A DNA stretch of 64,000 nucleotides from an uncultured Granulosicoccaceae bacterium. Its GTDB lineage: Bacteria > Pseudomonadota > Gammaproteobacteria > Granulosicoccales > Granulosicoccaceae. Of the stretch, positions 1 through 11,095 are shown one piece after another; position 1 is the first letter of the stretch; every line of letters starts with the position of its first letter. Location of the stretch: NCBI GenBank assembly GCA_964437945.1, contig CAYTJF010000001.1, forward strand, positions 1,658 to 65,657, in the 5' to 3' direction. Made by a program: the position numbers and the translations under genes. The notes under the pieces are model-generated. The model was not told where the DNA came from. It ran no database searches and saw nothing but the letters and a program-made list of their open reading frames with translations.

Positions 1-1
1 G

Positions 2-1078
2 CAAGATGTGCTGCTCGATATTATCCCGATAAGCCTAATGGCAGGCAGTTGCTTCACCAGGGCGGCAGAACAAATAGAATCTATCTGGTCCACACAGAAT
101 GTCAATGCCAAAACTGCTGTCGCCTTTTTTAATGCTGACCCCATTGGCACACTGGCGTCCAACGGCAAGCTGGCAACAAAGCTCGAAAAGTTACTGGCTG
201 ACATGAGCGAACTTGCTCAACATTCGCACAAAACATTTCCATTGGTAAAAACCGTCTGTGTTAACAGCACTTGCTATCACAATGCGGGAGCATCGCTGGA
301 ACAAGAACTCACCGCCAGCATGGCTACGGCGGCTGTTTACATGCAGTCCATGATCGATTCAGGTATGAGCGCGCAATCGGCACACGACGCTATCACCTTC
401 CAGATTGCCTGCGATGCTGACACTCTGTCCAACGTGGTTAAACTGCGCTCGCTAAAAGCGTTGTGGCATCACATGGCGAATCATATGGGTGTAACGCAGA
501 TCACAATGCAGTTGGTCGTTGAGACATCATTGCGTATGCAATCGCGTAACCAACCGTGGGTCAATCACCTTCGCAATGTCAGTTCAGCAGCAGCGGCCAC
601 TATGGGTGGTGCGCAAAGTATCATTGTGCATCCACACAATCGAATCGATGACATCTTTATTGATGACGACATAGAGCTTGGCGCTCGTGTGGCCAGAAAC
701 ATAGCCATAATCCTTAGCGAAGAATCTGCCATGAACTTCGTCCACGATCCGATGGGCGGTTCATACGCCATTGAAAATCTCACCAACGCGCTTTGCCATA
801 GCACCTGGCAAGCATTGCAGCAGCTGGAAAACGAAGGTGGTCTGATTCAAGCATTAACCAGTGGACAATGGCAAAGCCAGATAGCAGCCACTCAAAAACA
901 GCGAGTCGCTCGTTTGCACGATGAGCAGGATGTACAGGTCGCAGTTAATCGCTATACAGTGAAAAAATCACAGCCGCATCGAAAGGCAAAGCCACCAAAT
1001 CAATCCAGTCAAGAATCTGAAAATACGCTGGCGCTGCGTACGGTTCGTGATGCAGAAGAATTCGAGGTGGCATCATGA
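2..1078 (+). CDS. mutA: Methylmalonyl-CoA mutase small (beta, non-catalytic) subunit, 5'-truncated by window edge
   Basis: The frame is open from the window start. MCM barrel-like motifs ([29 protein letters not shown]) are present and there is no B12-binding DxHxxG. Its stop overlaps the large-subunit start (ATGA). Confidence 0.85.
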   Translation, partial: QDVLLDIIPISLMAGSCFTRAAEQIESIWSTQNVNAKTAVAFFNADPIGTLASNGKLATKLEKLLADMSELAQHSHKTFPLVKTVCVNSTCYHNAGASLEQELTASMATAAVYMQSMIDSGMSAQSAHDAITFQIACDADTLSNVVKLRSLKALWHHMANHMGVTQITMQLVVETSLRMQSRNQPWVNHLRNVSSAAAATMGGAQSIIVHPHNRIDDIFIDDDIELGARVARNIAIILSEESAMNFVHDPMGGSYAIENLTNALCHSTWQALQQLENEGGLIQALTSGQWQSQIAATQKQRVARLHDEQDVQVAVNRYTVKKSQPHRKAKPPNQSSQESENTLALRTVRDAEEFEVAS

Positions 1079-3225
1079 GCACTTCATTTAAATTCAACAA
1101 TATTGATGCCCCTGCAGTTTATAAAATAGCGGCTGATAAAATCACGCCAAACCCGGTTAGTACAACACCTGAAAATATATCGCTAAAACGCTTGTACGAC
1201 AGCACAGATTTACAACGGGTGGGTTTCAGCGACAGTTATCCAGGCTTAGCACCCTACACGCGCGGCCCATACCCAACGATGTACACCACTAAGCCTTGGA
1301 CAGTGAGACAATACGCAGGCTTCTCTACGGCACAAGAGAGCAATGCATTTTACCGACGCAATCTTGCTGCCGGTCAAAAAGGTTTGTCCGTCGCATTCGA
1401 TCTGGCCACGCACCGTGGCTACGACTCGGACCATCCGCGTGTAGCTGGTGATGTTGGTATGGCAGGTGTTGCAATTGATTCGATTCTGGATATGCAAACC
1501 TTGTTCGACGGAATTCCACTCGATAAAATGAGCGTATCGATGACCATGAATGGCGCTGTGTTACCGGTACTGGCTTTGTATATCGTAGCCGCTGAAGAAC
1601 AAGGAGTGAGTGCAGACAAACTCAGCGGGACTATTCAGAACGATATACTCAAAGAGTTTATGGTTCGGAATACTTATATTTACCCACCAGAAGCATCGAT
1701 GCGAATAGTAGCCGATATTTTCAAGTACACATCGAAGCATATGCCCTTATATAACAGCATCAGTATTTCTGGCTATCATATGCAGGAAGCCGGTGCGACC
1801 TGCGATCTTGAGCTTGCCTACACGCTGGCTGACGGTGTTGAATATTTGCGCACCGGCATCGCTGCAGGAATGCAAGTTGATGAGTTCGCTCCACGGCTGT
1901 CGTTCTTTTGGGCGATTGGTATGAATCACTATATGGAAATAGCTAAATTACGAGCTGCTCGCCTGCTTTGGGCGAAACTTGTAAAAGAATTCAACCCAAG
2001 TAACCCACGTTCAATGAGTTTGAGAACACACTGTCAAACCTCAGGCTGGAGCTTGACGGCCCAGGATGTCTATAACAACATCACTCGAACCTGCATTGAA
2101 GCCATGTCTGCGGTAAATGGTCACACGCAATCATTGCACACCAATGCATTTGATGAAGCGCTGGCATTACCGTCAGACTTTTCCTCTGCAATTGCTCGCA
2201 ACACGCAACTCTTTTTACAGCATGAGGCTGGAACCTGTCACACAGCCGACCCTTGGGGTGGCAGCTATTTCATGGAAACATTGACCCGCGAATTGGCAGA
2301 CAAAGCCTGGCAACACCTGCAGGAAATAGAAGCTGAAGGTGGTATGGCAAAAGCTATTGAAGCAGGCATACCCAAGCTACGCATTGAAGAAGCAGCAGCC
2401 CGAACTCAAGCCAATATCGATTCTGGAGCGCAAATTGTGGTTGGCGTAAATCAATACCAGCTTGATATCGAACCGCCTGTGGATGTACTTCAGGTCGACA
2501 ATGCAGCGGTGTTAGAACAACAAATCGAGAAACTGAATCAGTTGCGCTCAACTCGTAATGCGGCCGAGCATAAGCGCGCAATAGATGCATTGGCTGCCGC
2601 AGCTCGCGGCACACAGGAAAATTTATTGGAATTGGCCATTAACGCAGCGCGTGCTCGCGCGACAGTCGGCGAGATCAGCGCTGCGCTTGAACAAACCTTT
2701 GGTCGCCATGTGGCAAAAATTCAGAAGATAGCTGGTGTATACAAAGAAGCGATGGGCAACCATACTGGTGTGCCTGACGTACAGACGAAAATCGATAGCT
2801 TTACCGAACAAACAGGACGGCGACCTCGTGTATTTCTGGCAAAAATGGGGCAGGACGGCCATGACCGAGGACAAAAAGTGATTGCATCCGCATTCGCAGA
2901 TTTAGGTTTTGAAGTCGACATTGGCGCGCTGTTTCAAACGCCTGAGGAAGTTGCCGAACAGGCGATCACCAACGATGTACATATAATCGGAGCCAGCTCA
3001 CTTGCCGCCGGTCATTTAACCATGGTTCCAGCACTACGCAAAGCGCTTCGAGATCGCGGGCGAGAAGATATTTTAATTGTCGTTGGTGGCGTTATACCCC
3101 CGCAAGACATAGATTCACTCAGAAGCTCTGGCGCTGCCGCCATTTTTCCTCCTGGCACTGTTGTCGTCGAGGCAGCCGATGATCTGATTGATACCTTGAT
3201 AGAAAAATTCAACATTAAATGTTAG
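1075..3225 (+). CDS. scpA: Methylmalonyl-CoA mutase large (catalytic) subunit
   Basis: [30 protein letters not shown] and the C-terminal B12-binding motif GQDGHDRG. Confidence 0.96.
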   Translation: MSTSFKFNNIDAPAVYKIAADKITPNPVSTTPENISLKRLYDSTDLQRVGFSDSYPGLAPYTRGPYPTMYTTKPWTVRQYAGFSTAQESNAFYRRNLAAGQKGLSVAFDLATHRGYDSDHPRVAGDVGMAGVAIDSILDMQTLFDGIPLDKMSVSMTMNGAVLPVLALYIVAAEEQGVSADKLSGTIQNDILKEFMVRNTYIYPPEASMRIVADIFKYTSKHMPLYNSISISGYHMQEAGATCDLELAYTLADGVEYLRTGIAAGMQVDEFAPRLSFFWAIGMNHYMEIAKLRAARLLWAKLVKEFNPSNPRSMSLRTHCQTSGWSLTAQDVYNNITRTCIEAMSAVNGHTQSLHTNAFDEALALPSDFSSAIARNTQLFLQHEAGTCHTADPWGGSYFMETLTRELADKAWQHLQEIEAEGGMAKAIEAGIPKLRIEEAAARTQANIDSGAQIVVGVNQYQLDIEPPVDVLQVDNAAVLEQQIEKLNQLRSTRNAAEHKRAIDALAAAARGTQENLLELAINAARARATVGEISAALEQTFGRHVAKIQKIAGVYKEAMGNHTGVPDVQTKIDSFTEQTGRRPRVFLAKMGQDGHDRGQKVIASAFADLGFEVDIGALFQTPEEVAEQAITNDVHIIGASSLAAGHLTMVPALRKALRDRGREDILIVVGGVIPPQDIDSLRSSGAAAIFPPGTVVVEAADDLIDTLIEKFNIKC

Positions 3226-3434
3226 CCACTTCACTATTCGCAACCAGGACCCAATGAAGTAATTCAATACCGTCTTGTTGTCTGCCTTCTGACAACTGCT
3301 AAACAAGTAAAGCGTCGTTTTCAGCAGATATATCCATCCATATAACCGCAGCAGTCATACTGCATAACCTATCTAAAAGCTCATACTGGCCGCTAACCTG
3401 AGTTCCAGAGAACTAAAATAGCGACTCATTTTGC

Positions 3435-5888
3435 ATGTCTAATTCAGGCAAAAGCAACAAATCAGGCAAGGGGCCGAATCATTCGTCCGATGAGAGCACT
3501 TCAGTCTCCGATCTGTTAGCACAGATCGCTCATCTAGAACAACAGCACGCAGCCTCGGAACAACATACCAGGCAGCTCATCGAGCTTAGTGATATGGCGG
3601 CAGATATGATGCGCCAGGACTCCCTAAATACCTTACTCCAGTTCATCGCTAATGAAATAGTGCGCCTCAGTTGCGCCAATGGTGCTTATTTGCACATGGT
3701 TCATGAGACAGAGGACTATCTGCATGTAGTGGCTGCTTGTGGTGCGCTTACAAAACAACTAATGGGCAGCACTCGTAAAAAAGGTGTTGGACTCTCTGCA
3801 CTAGCATGGGAGACCGGTACTTTCCAATATACAGATAACTACAATACCAATAAATTTCGGGTAATTGAATTTCCTGAAGCACTCAAAGCAGTTGCACTGC
3901 CTTTGAATTTCTCAGACAGAATTTCCGGTGTTGCCTTTGTCACTGCATCAATCGCAGATGATTTGTATTCGCAAATTCCAATATTAAAAGAAGTTGCTAA
4001 AATCGCGTCTATTTCTATTTACAATACCGAACAGCTCGAAGCTCAAGCATACGAACTACAACGAATTAAAGCATTAAGTGTTCTGGGTGACACGCTATAT
4101 CAGTCTACCGATTGGGAGTCCATTCTGGACAGTGTTTGCCAACACTTATTTGAAATTTTTGACATTGAACAGGTCACGATTTTTCAATGGTCGGAAAAAA
4201 TGGAACAACTCCAGGCTTACTGCGCCAGACGTAAATTTGATGGCGTAGTGGAACAATACCAACCCATCGTTGAATGTTTAAGTGAACATAACATCAGCAA
4301 TTGGTGTTTTAAAAATAATCAATTTGCCCAAATAGGCAGACACGCGGAAGACTCAAGGGAATCATCTGAAGTACACACCTACTACCGAGAGAACAATACT
4401 GGCAGCACCATGTGTGTACCACTCAGTTATCACGACAAACCGTGGGGCGTTGCCACAATAAACAAATGCGGTTCTAAACGAAATTTCAATGAAAGCGACG
4501 CCAATGCGTTTCGCGCGATAGCAAGTCAAGTCTCAACAGCGCAGCAAAGAAACGTATTGGTTTCCAAAGTGCACCATCAAGCCCATCACGATAGCCTTAC
4601 GTGTCTGCCAAATCGAAGAAGTTTCGAACAACATTTTTCCACGCTAGTCAAAGATCAGAACAACATAGAGTTTGCAATTCTTTTCTGCGACCTAGACGGA
4701 TTTAAATCTGTGAATGACACCTATGGTCATGACGTCGGTGATACGGTTCTCAGGATATGTGCAACAAGAATGGACAATTGCATCAGGCCCAGTGATTATC
4801 TGGCCAGAATGGGTGGCGACGAATTTGCCGTTATGGTTAAACTAACCGATTTTGAACACAACATTGGCATGTTGGCAAAACGCTTTCTCGTCACAATAAG
4901 CGAGCCGATACTTGCTAATGATCTTCGCATACAACTCGGCGTAAGCATTGGAATCAGTTTTTATCCAAAAGACGGAACAACCTTCTCACAATTACTAAAT
5001 CATGCCGACGTTGCCATGTATCAGGCAAAACATGCAGGTAAGGGAAAAATTCTGAACTACAACAAACAAGATTCAGATGATATTCGAAAGAAAAATGAAC
5101 TACGCTCGGCGCTACGAGAAGCGTTGCCTCGGAACGAATTTGAACTTTGGTATCAACCGCAAGTCAACTGGAAAACTGAGCAGGTGTGCGGCGTAGAAGC
5201 ACTAATTCGATGGAACCACCCACATCTGGGAATGGTGTCGCCATTTGAATTCATACCAATTGCCGAAGAATCTGGCCTGATTGACAAACTCGGATTATGG
5301 ATTATGGAAGAAGCGATAATGACATTGCGCTCTTGGCAACTGCCCACCGATAAACAGTTTAGTATGGGTGTTAACATTGCTCCACCTCAGTTTATCGACG
5401 AAGCATTCTCCACTAATGTTCTGGCTATTCTAAAAAAACATAAGGTTCATCCAGAGCAACTCAAAGTGGAGATCACCGAGAGTTTTATTATGAGTGATCG
5501 AGAAGGTGTTGCGGTGCAATTGAAACAACTACAAGAAAAAAGTGTTTTGGTAGCAATTGATGACTTCGGTACAGGTTACTCATCACTTAGCTACCTACAA
5601 GATTTACCCGTTGATATTCTCAAGATCGATCGCGCGTTTGTCTCTGGCCTGACACAAGAAAACTACAAAAAATCAATAGCAGCAAGCATCATAGCATTGG
5701 CCAATAGCCTCGGATTGGCAACCATAACCGAAGGTGTAGAGAACGAGGAACAGCTACATTTTATACAACAGTTAGGTTCTGAGACTATTCAGGGCTACCA
5801 CTACTCAAAGCCAGTGCCGGCGGCAGAGCTACTGGATGTAGTTAACAATATAGAACAGAAAAACAAGTTTGTTAACAAGGCTGCCTAG
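3435..5888 (+). CDS. GAF-GAF-GGDEF-EAL diguanylate cyclase/phosphodiesterase
   Basis: Two GAF-like segments, HDSLTCLPNR, DLDGFKSVND, RPSD I-site, intact GGDEF, EAL and DDFGTGYSS. Confidence 0.93.
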   Translation: MSNSGKSNKSGKGPNHSSDESTSVSDLLAQIAHLEQQHAASEQHTRQLIELSDMAADMMRQDSLNTLLQFIANEIVRLSCANGAYLHMVHETEDYLHVVAACGALTKQLMGSTRKKGVGLSALAWETGTFQYTDNYNTNKFRVIEFPEALKAVALPLNFSDRISGVAFVTASIADDLYSQIPILKEVAKIASISIYNTEQLEAQAYELQRIKALSVLGDTLYQSTDWESILDSVCQHLFEIFDIEQVTIFQWSEKMEQLQAYCARRKFDGVVEQYQPIVECLSEHNISNWCFKNNQFAQIGRHAEDSRESSEVHTYYRENNTGSTMCVPLSYHDKPWGVATINKCGSKRNFNESDANAFRAIASQVSTAQQRNVLVSKVHHQAHHDSLTCLPNRRSFEQHFSTLVKDQNNIEFAILFCDLDGFKSVNDTYGHDVGDTVLRICATRMDNCIRPSDYLARMGGDEFAVMVKLTDFEHNIGMLAKRFLVTISEPILANDLRIQLGVSIGISFYPKDGTTFSQLLNHADVAMYQAKHAGKGKILNYNKQDSDDIRKKNELRSALREALPRNEFELWYQPQVNWKTEQVCGVEALIRWNHPHLGMVSPFEFIPIAEESGLIDKLGLWIMEEAIMTLRSWQLPTDKQFSMGVNIAPPQFIDEAFSTNVLAILKKHKVHPEQLKVEITESFIMSDREGVAVQLKQLQEKSVLVAIDDFGTGYSSLSYLQDLPVDILKIDRAFVSGLTQENYKKSIAASIIALANSLGLATITEGVENEEQLHFIQQLGSETIQGYHYSKPVPAAELLDVVNNIEQKNKFVNKAA

Positions 5889-6337
5889 CGAAATGTTGCA
5901 TTCCCATACCATCGCCTGAAGTTGGCAATCTTGCCATTGAACTCTGACAATGTGAAAGCATATTGCAACCAAACGCCTTTATGCTGGGGTCGTTCAAAAA
6001 TAAATCCGGCAATATACCATTGATTTTGTTTCTGCAATTCAGCCCCGGCTACCGATGCACTTACACTTGCGCTTGAACCGGCCCACACAACATCATTAGT
6101 CCAGATATAACCATTGTCGGTCAAATTTGCCATATCGAGTAAAACTCCGGGTTGTGACATGACTTCGCGTTTAATTGTACTGCGCATCTCATCAGTAAAA
6201 ATCGTATTAGCGGATGCTGGAGCAACATTTTCATCGCTATCCGATGGGGTACTAGTTACGGAGTCGGCAAGCGATGTGGAGGTAAAAAACGCAGAATAAA
6301 TCAGAATTAAAAATGACGCATAAGACAATGCCTTCAT
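5885..6337 (-). CDS. Hypothetical exported protein
   Basis: Signal-peptide-like N-terminus (MKALSYASFLILIYSAFFTSTSLA). An AGGA RBS lies upstream of the ATG at 6337. Confidence 0.65.
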   Translation of the reverse strand: MKALSYASFLILIYSAFFTSTSLADSVTSTPSDSDENVAPASANTIFTDEMRSTIKREVMSQPGVLLDMANLTDNGYIWTNDVVWAGSSASVSASVAGAELQKQNQWYIAGFIFERPQHKGVWLQYAFTLSEFNGKIANFRRWYGNATFR

Positions 6338-6428
6338 AACAGTCAATCCTCTGCTAGCCCGATAATCAGGCTAGCACAATACAGGAAATATTTTGACCAT
6401 TTTTTCAGGGCTGTGATTTTACAACTGA

Positions 6429-6809
6429 TCAGTGAACTGTGGTCTGTTTCACATTTTCTTGCACCAAAACCCAGGGTGCGGCAACCAGACACCAAAAATC
6501 AGGCTCTCTCGCTGCCCAATCACGAGCATCATCGTCGCTGGCGCGCGCTACGGATTTATCGCTAAGCCAACTTTCCAGCTGCTCCTTGTTATCAGTGGCT
6601 AATACGGTACCTACCTCAACAAGGTCTCGCCCTTCCACAACTTTAATAACGACTCCGCGAGCAAAATACCGTACCAAATCACTCCACGAGATAACACCCG
6701 TTTCAAGATTCAGCTTTTCATCAACGGATAAAAACTGGTTCTCAGCGTCCTCATCTGTAACACTCTCACGACGTTTGCTACCCTTGCCATTGTCGCTCTG
6801 ATCAGTCAT
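6429..6809 (-). CDS. DUF2288 family protein
   Basis: ETGVISWSDL...FARG...DLVEV...VAAPWVLVQ pattern typical of DUF2288. Confidence 0.8.
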   Translation of the reverse strand: MTDQSDNGKGSKRRESVTDEDAENQFLSVDEKLNLETGVISWSDLVRYFARGVVIKVVEGRDLVEVGTVLATDNKEQLESWLSDKSVARASDDDARDWAAREPDFWCLVAAPWVLVQENVKQTTVH

Positions 6810-6834
6810 TAGATTGTTTGCGCGTTACACCACA

Positions 6835-7482
6835 TTAGCTAGGCTTCATCTCGGCGATAAATTCATTTGATCTTTCAATAGAACGATTCATTTGCTCTAT
6901 CAAATTATCTATATCACCCTCCAGACTCTCAAAAGTATTCTTCAACGAACCAACCGCCTGTGCATTGAGATTATGTTTCAAAAACAATACATTGTCGCGA
7001 AAGGTTTTCAGTACGGGGTCCATGCTGCGCTCGGCAGCCTGCATGCTTTGAAGCATTTCATTGTACCGACTTTTTGTTTCACCGAGCTGCTGCTTGCTGT
7101 TGTTTCGCAGGTTTGGATCGGTGTATTCCTCTATTTCTCGTTCCCATTCGGCAAATAAATCTGTCGCAACCTGCTCAACATCATCGATCTCATCAGACAC
7201 ATCTTCGGCTGCATCTTTGCTGTCGTCGTACTCATCACTGAGTCGATCATAAGCTTTTTTCAAACCAGTCTCTTCAATTTGAACAACTGAGCCAAAGCGT
7301 TCCAGCGCATCTTTAAACTGCTCCTGTGCCTCTTTCTGCGCATCACGCGCATCCTCAACATTGCCCACCAAAATATCGCGTTTGTGAATACCTATCTTCT
7401 CAAGCGCATTGTATTTTACTGTGCTGCATGAAGACAAAAACAAAAGAGCCATGCTCGCGACCACAAAATTTTTTCGAATCAT
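6835..7482 (-). CDS. DUF2959 family coiled-coil lipoprotein
   Basis: Lipobox LSSC, EKIGIHKRDILV, LFLKHNLNAQA. Confidence 0.85.
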   Translation of the reverse strand: MIRKNFVVASMALLFLSSCSTVKYNALEKIGIHKRDILVGNVEDARDAQKEAQEQFKDALERFGSVVQIEETGLKKAYDRLSDEYDDSKDAAEDVSDEIDDVEQVATDLFAEWEREIEEYTDPNLRNNSKQQLGETKSRYNEMLQSMQAAERSMDPVLKTFRDNVLFLKHNLNAQAVGSLKNTFESLEGDIDNLIEQMNRSIERSNEFIAEMKPS

Positions 7483-7526
7483 GAATTTAGCCTTAAAAAC
7501 CGTTAACGGCAATAAATGTAGTAGTT

Positions 7527-9053
7527 CTATCGTAAATGCGGATTGGCAGTGCGGCGTACCAGCTCATCCCAGAGCTCTGCGTTGCAGTTACCAGCTTTAA
7601 TATGCCCTTCTAGATACCCATCGCTGAGCTCTTCAACTCGATTTAGCTGGCATCTGCTCTCCATTGTGTCCCAGCGTCGCTCATCGCAGAGGTTGCGGTC
7701 TTTAAATTCCTGCACACAAGATAAACCGGCAAGCAAGTCATCCGACTTTGAGCTGTTCGACTGATTAGGCTGCGCTACGAGATTGTCGGATTTGGTGGCT
7801 CCCCGTTTTGCAACACTCTCAAGCACAATCGATGAAAGCTGTTCGTTCATGTCATCGTTGTCCAGACAATCATCATCGGCAGTGAGCACGAGACTTTTAG
7901 CATTAAACGATGGGCCGGAATACACAACCGCCCGATAGCCTGGGCTAAGTTTGATGGATGAAACACTTTTCTCTGTTATACCCGCCTTGTTTAGTGCGTT
8001 GATATCGTGTTTTCCAACCGGCAATTGCACACTTCCCCCACGGTAATTGCAATGCGCATACAAAGTGGCTACCGGATTCGCAGCATTGGTTGACGCGTCA
8101 GTTTTTCGAACAATCATCGATGAGATTGCATCGTTGTATTGGCCGACCAGACACGGGTTATTATTACTCAAGGTACCCGACCCGCCACGTTGAAAATCAT
8201 TGAGAAACAACTCTACCTGATATCCATCACTGACTTGCAGTGCTGAGATAGTGTTGTTTTGAATGCCAAGTTCATTAATTTGTGCATTGTTGTACTCGCC
8301 TTCGCGCAATGTGGCCGACTGACCTTTGTAGGCACATTCCGTAAAAACAGTAACCCCTGCGCTAGCGACTTTTGCAGGTGTAGCAGCTTTTGCTACGCCT
8401 TCACCTGAAACCGATACAGACGTAATCCGATTAGCAAAATCACCGCTGTCGATACACTGCACATCACTACCAGTGGAAGCTGAATCTCCGCGAAGAAAGT
8501 CGTTCTCATAAACAGTTATGCTCATACCATCTGGTACTTTAACTGCCGAGATTTCATTGTTACCCAAACCAAACTTTTTTAATTGAGCCAGGTTGTAATC
8601 ACCAACTTCGAGTTTTGCCGAAAGACCATCGTAGTTACAATCTGAATAAACGGTAACCACACCTGTCGCACTAACTGGTTTTTTAGGTTCTAAGGTGCTG
8701 TTGCCGAATGTAACAGGTGCCTTTGTTCCAAACTCAACTTTGGGTGCATCAATTTGAATGGAGCTGGTAAGTTTACTGAAAACACCATTTTCGAGGCAAT
8801 TGTTTGAGCGATTCAAACTGCCGGAACGACCTCCGAAACCATCGTTTTCAAATAAAACGACGTTAAATTCTCCATCAATCTTTACCGATGCAATAGCATC
8901 TTCTGGAATACCGACTTTTGCCAGATCTGACGCTGTGTACTGGCCAGCGGCAAGTGTGACCCCTGGACCTTTGAATCCGCATTGCCCGTAAAAAGTTACA
9001 TCAGCAAACGCCGTGAATGGCAGAAGTAATAATAGTGCAATTATTTTTCTCAT
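7527..9053 (-). CDS. Secreted protein with four beta/gamma-crystallin (Protein S-like) domains and a Cys-containing C-terminal domain
   Basis: Signal peptide followed by four repeats beginning VTFYGQCGFKG, VTVYSDCNYDG, VTVFTECAYKG and ATLYAHCNYRG, each with N/D-N/D-x-I/T-S-S-like Greek-key motifs. Confidence 0.85.
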   Translation of the reverse strand: MRKIIALLLLLPFTAFADVTFYGQCGFKGPGVTLAAGQYTASDLAKVGIPEDAIASVKIDGEFNVVLFENDGFGGRSGSLNRSNNCLENGVFSKLTSSIQIDAPKVEFGTKAPVTFGNSTLEPKKPVSATGVVTVYSDCNYDGLSAKLEVGDYNLAQLKKFGLGNNEISAVKVPDGMSITVYENDFLRGDSASTGSDVQCIDSGDFANRITSVSVSGEGVAKAATPAKVASAGVTVFTECAYKGQSATLREGEYNNAQINELGIQNNTISALQVSDGYQVELFLNDFQRGGSGTLSNNNPCLVGQYNDAISSMIVRKTDASTNAANPVATLYAHCNYRGGSVQLPVGKHDINALNKAGITEKSVSSIKLSPGYRAVVYSGPSFNAKSLVLTADDDCLDNDDMNEQLSSIVLESVAKRGATKSDNLVAQPNQSNSSKSDDLLAGLSCVQEFKDRNLCDERRWDTMESRCQLNRVEELSDGYLEGHIKAGNCNAELWDELVRRTANPHLR

Positions 9054-9077
9054 TACGCCCTCCTGATATACAACCGC

Positions 9078-9779
9078 TTACGAATAAAGCTGCGGTACGT
9101 TTAGTTGTTCATGAATCTGGTTACTCGCCTGCTCAGAAATATTGAAGCCCTTGGCAAGGTTGTCGAGATAATCAGCCTCTTTTTTGGAATCCAGATTCAC
9201 TGTCATCAACGACAAAACGTAAACCTGCTGTTCCATTCCTTTAGGCACACTTCGAACAAAGCCAGCTACATCCAATGGCGCTTGCATCTCAGCGCGGATA
9301 AAGGCCGACTCCTCTGGCCCGATATCGCCAAGCTTACTAACGATATTTTGTTGTTCCTGCTCATCGACAACACCATCCGATTTAGCAGCGTTAACCATCG
9401 CACGAATCAGCACGGCTGCCTGATCGGTTTGCTCAGCAGTCGCCGCCGGAGCCGTGGCACCAGGCGACTGCTGCCCCAATGCGCTACCCAACAGGGCACC
9501 GATTCCACCAGTGTTTGCCGCCGCACCACCCTGAGCTGGACCACCACCTAACAACGAACCGAGTAAGTCTCCTGCACCACCAGCCTGTGCCGCTGAACCT
9601 TGTTGGCCTTGTTGTTGGCCTTGCAACTGTGCAAGCAAACCACCAAGCCCACCAGCGCCACCGCTTGCCGCACCACCAAGCAAAGAACCCAAACCACCAG
9701 CGCCGAGGCCGGCTTTTGACATAGCGCCGCTAAGCAACATTTTTCCTAACATTCCGACCAAATTCATACCTGAGCTCAC
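9078..9779 (-). CDS. DUF533 (YebE/TerB-like) family protein
   Basis: Gly-rich N-terminus followed by LIRAMVNAAKSDG...E...YLDNLA. Confidence 0.8.
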   Translation of the reverse strand: MSSGMNLVGMLGKMLLSGAMSKAGLGAGGLGSLLGGAASGGAGGLGGLLAQLQGQQQGQQGSAAQAGGAGDLLGSLLGGGPAQGGAAANTGGIGALLGSALGQQSPGATAPAATAEQTDQAAVLIRAMVNAAKSDGVVDEQEQQNIVSKLGDIGPEESAFIRAEMQAPLDVAGFVRSVPKGMEQQVYVLSLMTVNLDSKKEADYLDNLAKGFNISEQASNQIHEQLNVPQLYS

Positions 9780-9901
9780 TCTATATTAAGACGCGAAATA
9801 TTAACACGCACACAAAACAGCACTGATGGAATAAGGACCCACGTAACAAATGTTACCCTTGTCCCGTTAATTCTTCGCCAGCTCAAGGCTTAAGCGCAGC
9901 T

Positions 9902-10429
9902 ATGAACATTGAATCATATATCCGTACGATACCGGATTATCCCAAAAAAGGTATTCAGTTTCGAGATGTGTCCACGCTCTTTCAAGACCCGCGCGGATTT
10001 CGCATGGCGATTGATATGTTGCTGCACCCTTACGCAGGCCAGCCTATCGATAAAGTTGCCGCGCTGGAAGCTCGTGGTTTTATCCTTGGCGGTGCAATTG
10101 CGCACCAGCTTTCTGTAGGCTTCGTGCCTATTCGAAAGCAAGGCAAATTGCCAGGCAAAACCTGGAAAGAAGACTACTCACTCGAATATGGTGAGGCCAC
10201 CATGGAGATGCACACCGACGGATTGCAAGCCGGTGAACGCGTTCTGCTGGTCGACGATCTGATTGCCACTGGTGGAACCTGCGAAGCCGGTATAAAACTG
10301 ATCAAACGCGCCAACGCTAAATTAGTTGGTTGCGCTTTTATCATCGACTTACCAGCACTAGGCGGTAAAAAACTAATTGAATCTCTCGGCGTCGAGGTTC
10401 ATACCTTATGTGATTTTGAAGGCGACTAA
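9902..10429 (+). CDS. apt: Adenine phosphoribosyltransferase
   Basis: [31 protein letters not shown] and the PRPP motif [10 protein letters not shown]. Confidence 0.97.
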   Translation: MNIESYIRTIPDYPKKGIQFRDVSTLFQDPRGFRMAIDMLLHPYAGQPIDKVAALEARGFILGGAIAHQLSVGFVPIRKQGKLPGKTWKEDYSLEYGEATMEMHTDGLQAGERVLLVDDLIATGGTCEAGIKLIKRANAKLVGCAFIIDLPALGGKKLIESLGVEVHTLCDFEGD

Positions 10430-10938
10430 TGTTCACGTGTGATGCTATCTCGCTTCGCTGCTTCAATGACCGAGCGTACTGCGCGATGAGTCCCTTTTTC
10501 TGTGATTACCCGCGAATAAATACCGCCGGATGTGATCGCTGTATTAACATCGTCACCGTTTGCAATCCGATATTTTGCATTAACGTTAATATTGACAGTT
10601 AACTGTGCTCGATTTTTTTCGAGCGTACGTGGACCTATCCCTTTTACATTGATCAGTTCATCCACCGTTTTGAAAGGACCATGTGACTCTCGATAATCCA
10701 CAATCGCGCGTGATTTGGCCGGACCAATACCCGATAGTTTTTCTGCCAGCTCTTCAGCTCCGGCACGGTTGATATCCACCAGGGGTTCGGTTGCGAGAAC
10801 GGCGTGCGAGGAAAGTAGAATAAATAAAAACGGCGCTACTTTCTTAAACGACACCGAATTGAACGACATCGACTTAAGCGATACCCGCTTTAAAAAAAAC
10901 TGGAATGCCAACTGGCGGATGTCTGAGACTGAGATCAT
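10426..10938 (-). CDS. comEA: ComEA-family helix-hairpin-helix DNA-binding protein
   Basis: [48 protein letters not shown] precedes the ATG at 10938. Confidence 0.88.
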   Translation of the reverse strand: MISVSDIRQLAFQFFLKRVSLKSMSFNSVSFKKVAPFLFILLSSHAVLATEPLVDINRAGAEELAEKLSGIGPAKSRAIVDYRESHGPFKTVDELINVKGIGPRTLEKNRAQLTVNINVNAKYRIANGDDVNTAITSGGIYSRVITEKGTHRAVRSVIEAAKRDSITREH

Positions 10939-11095
10939 ATTTGAACCTCCCTGTTCAAATAAATAATTGTTGTTCAAATCAATTGTGTAGCAAACTACCG
11001 CTTCAAACTACAGGATATTGATTGACACCTGCGAATAAGAAAAACAACACGCCTCCTGCGCGTGACAACAGTCTAGCCTAATGCGGCTCTGAGTT

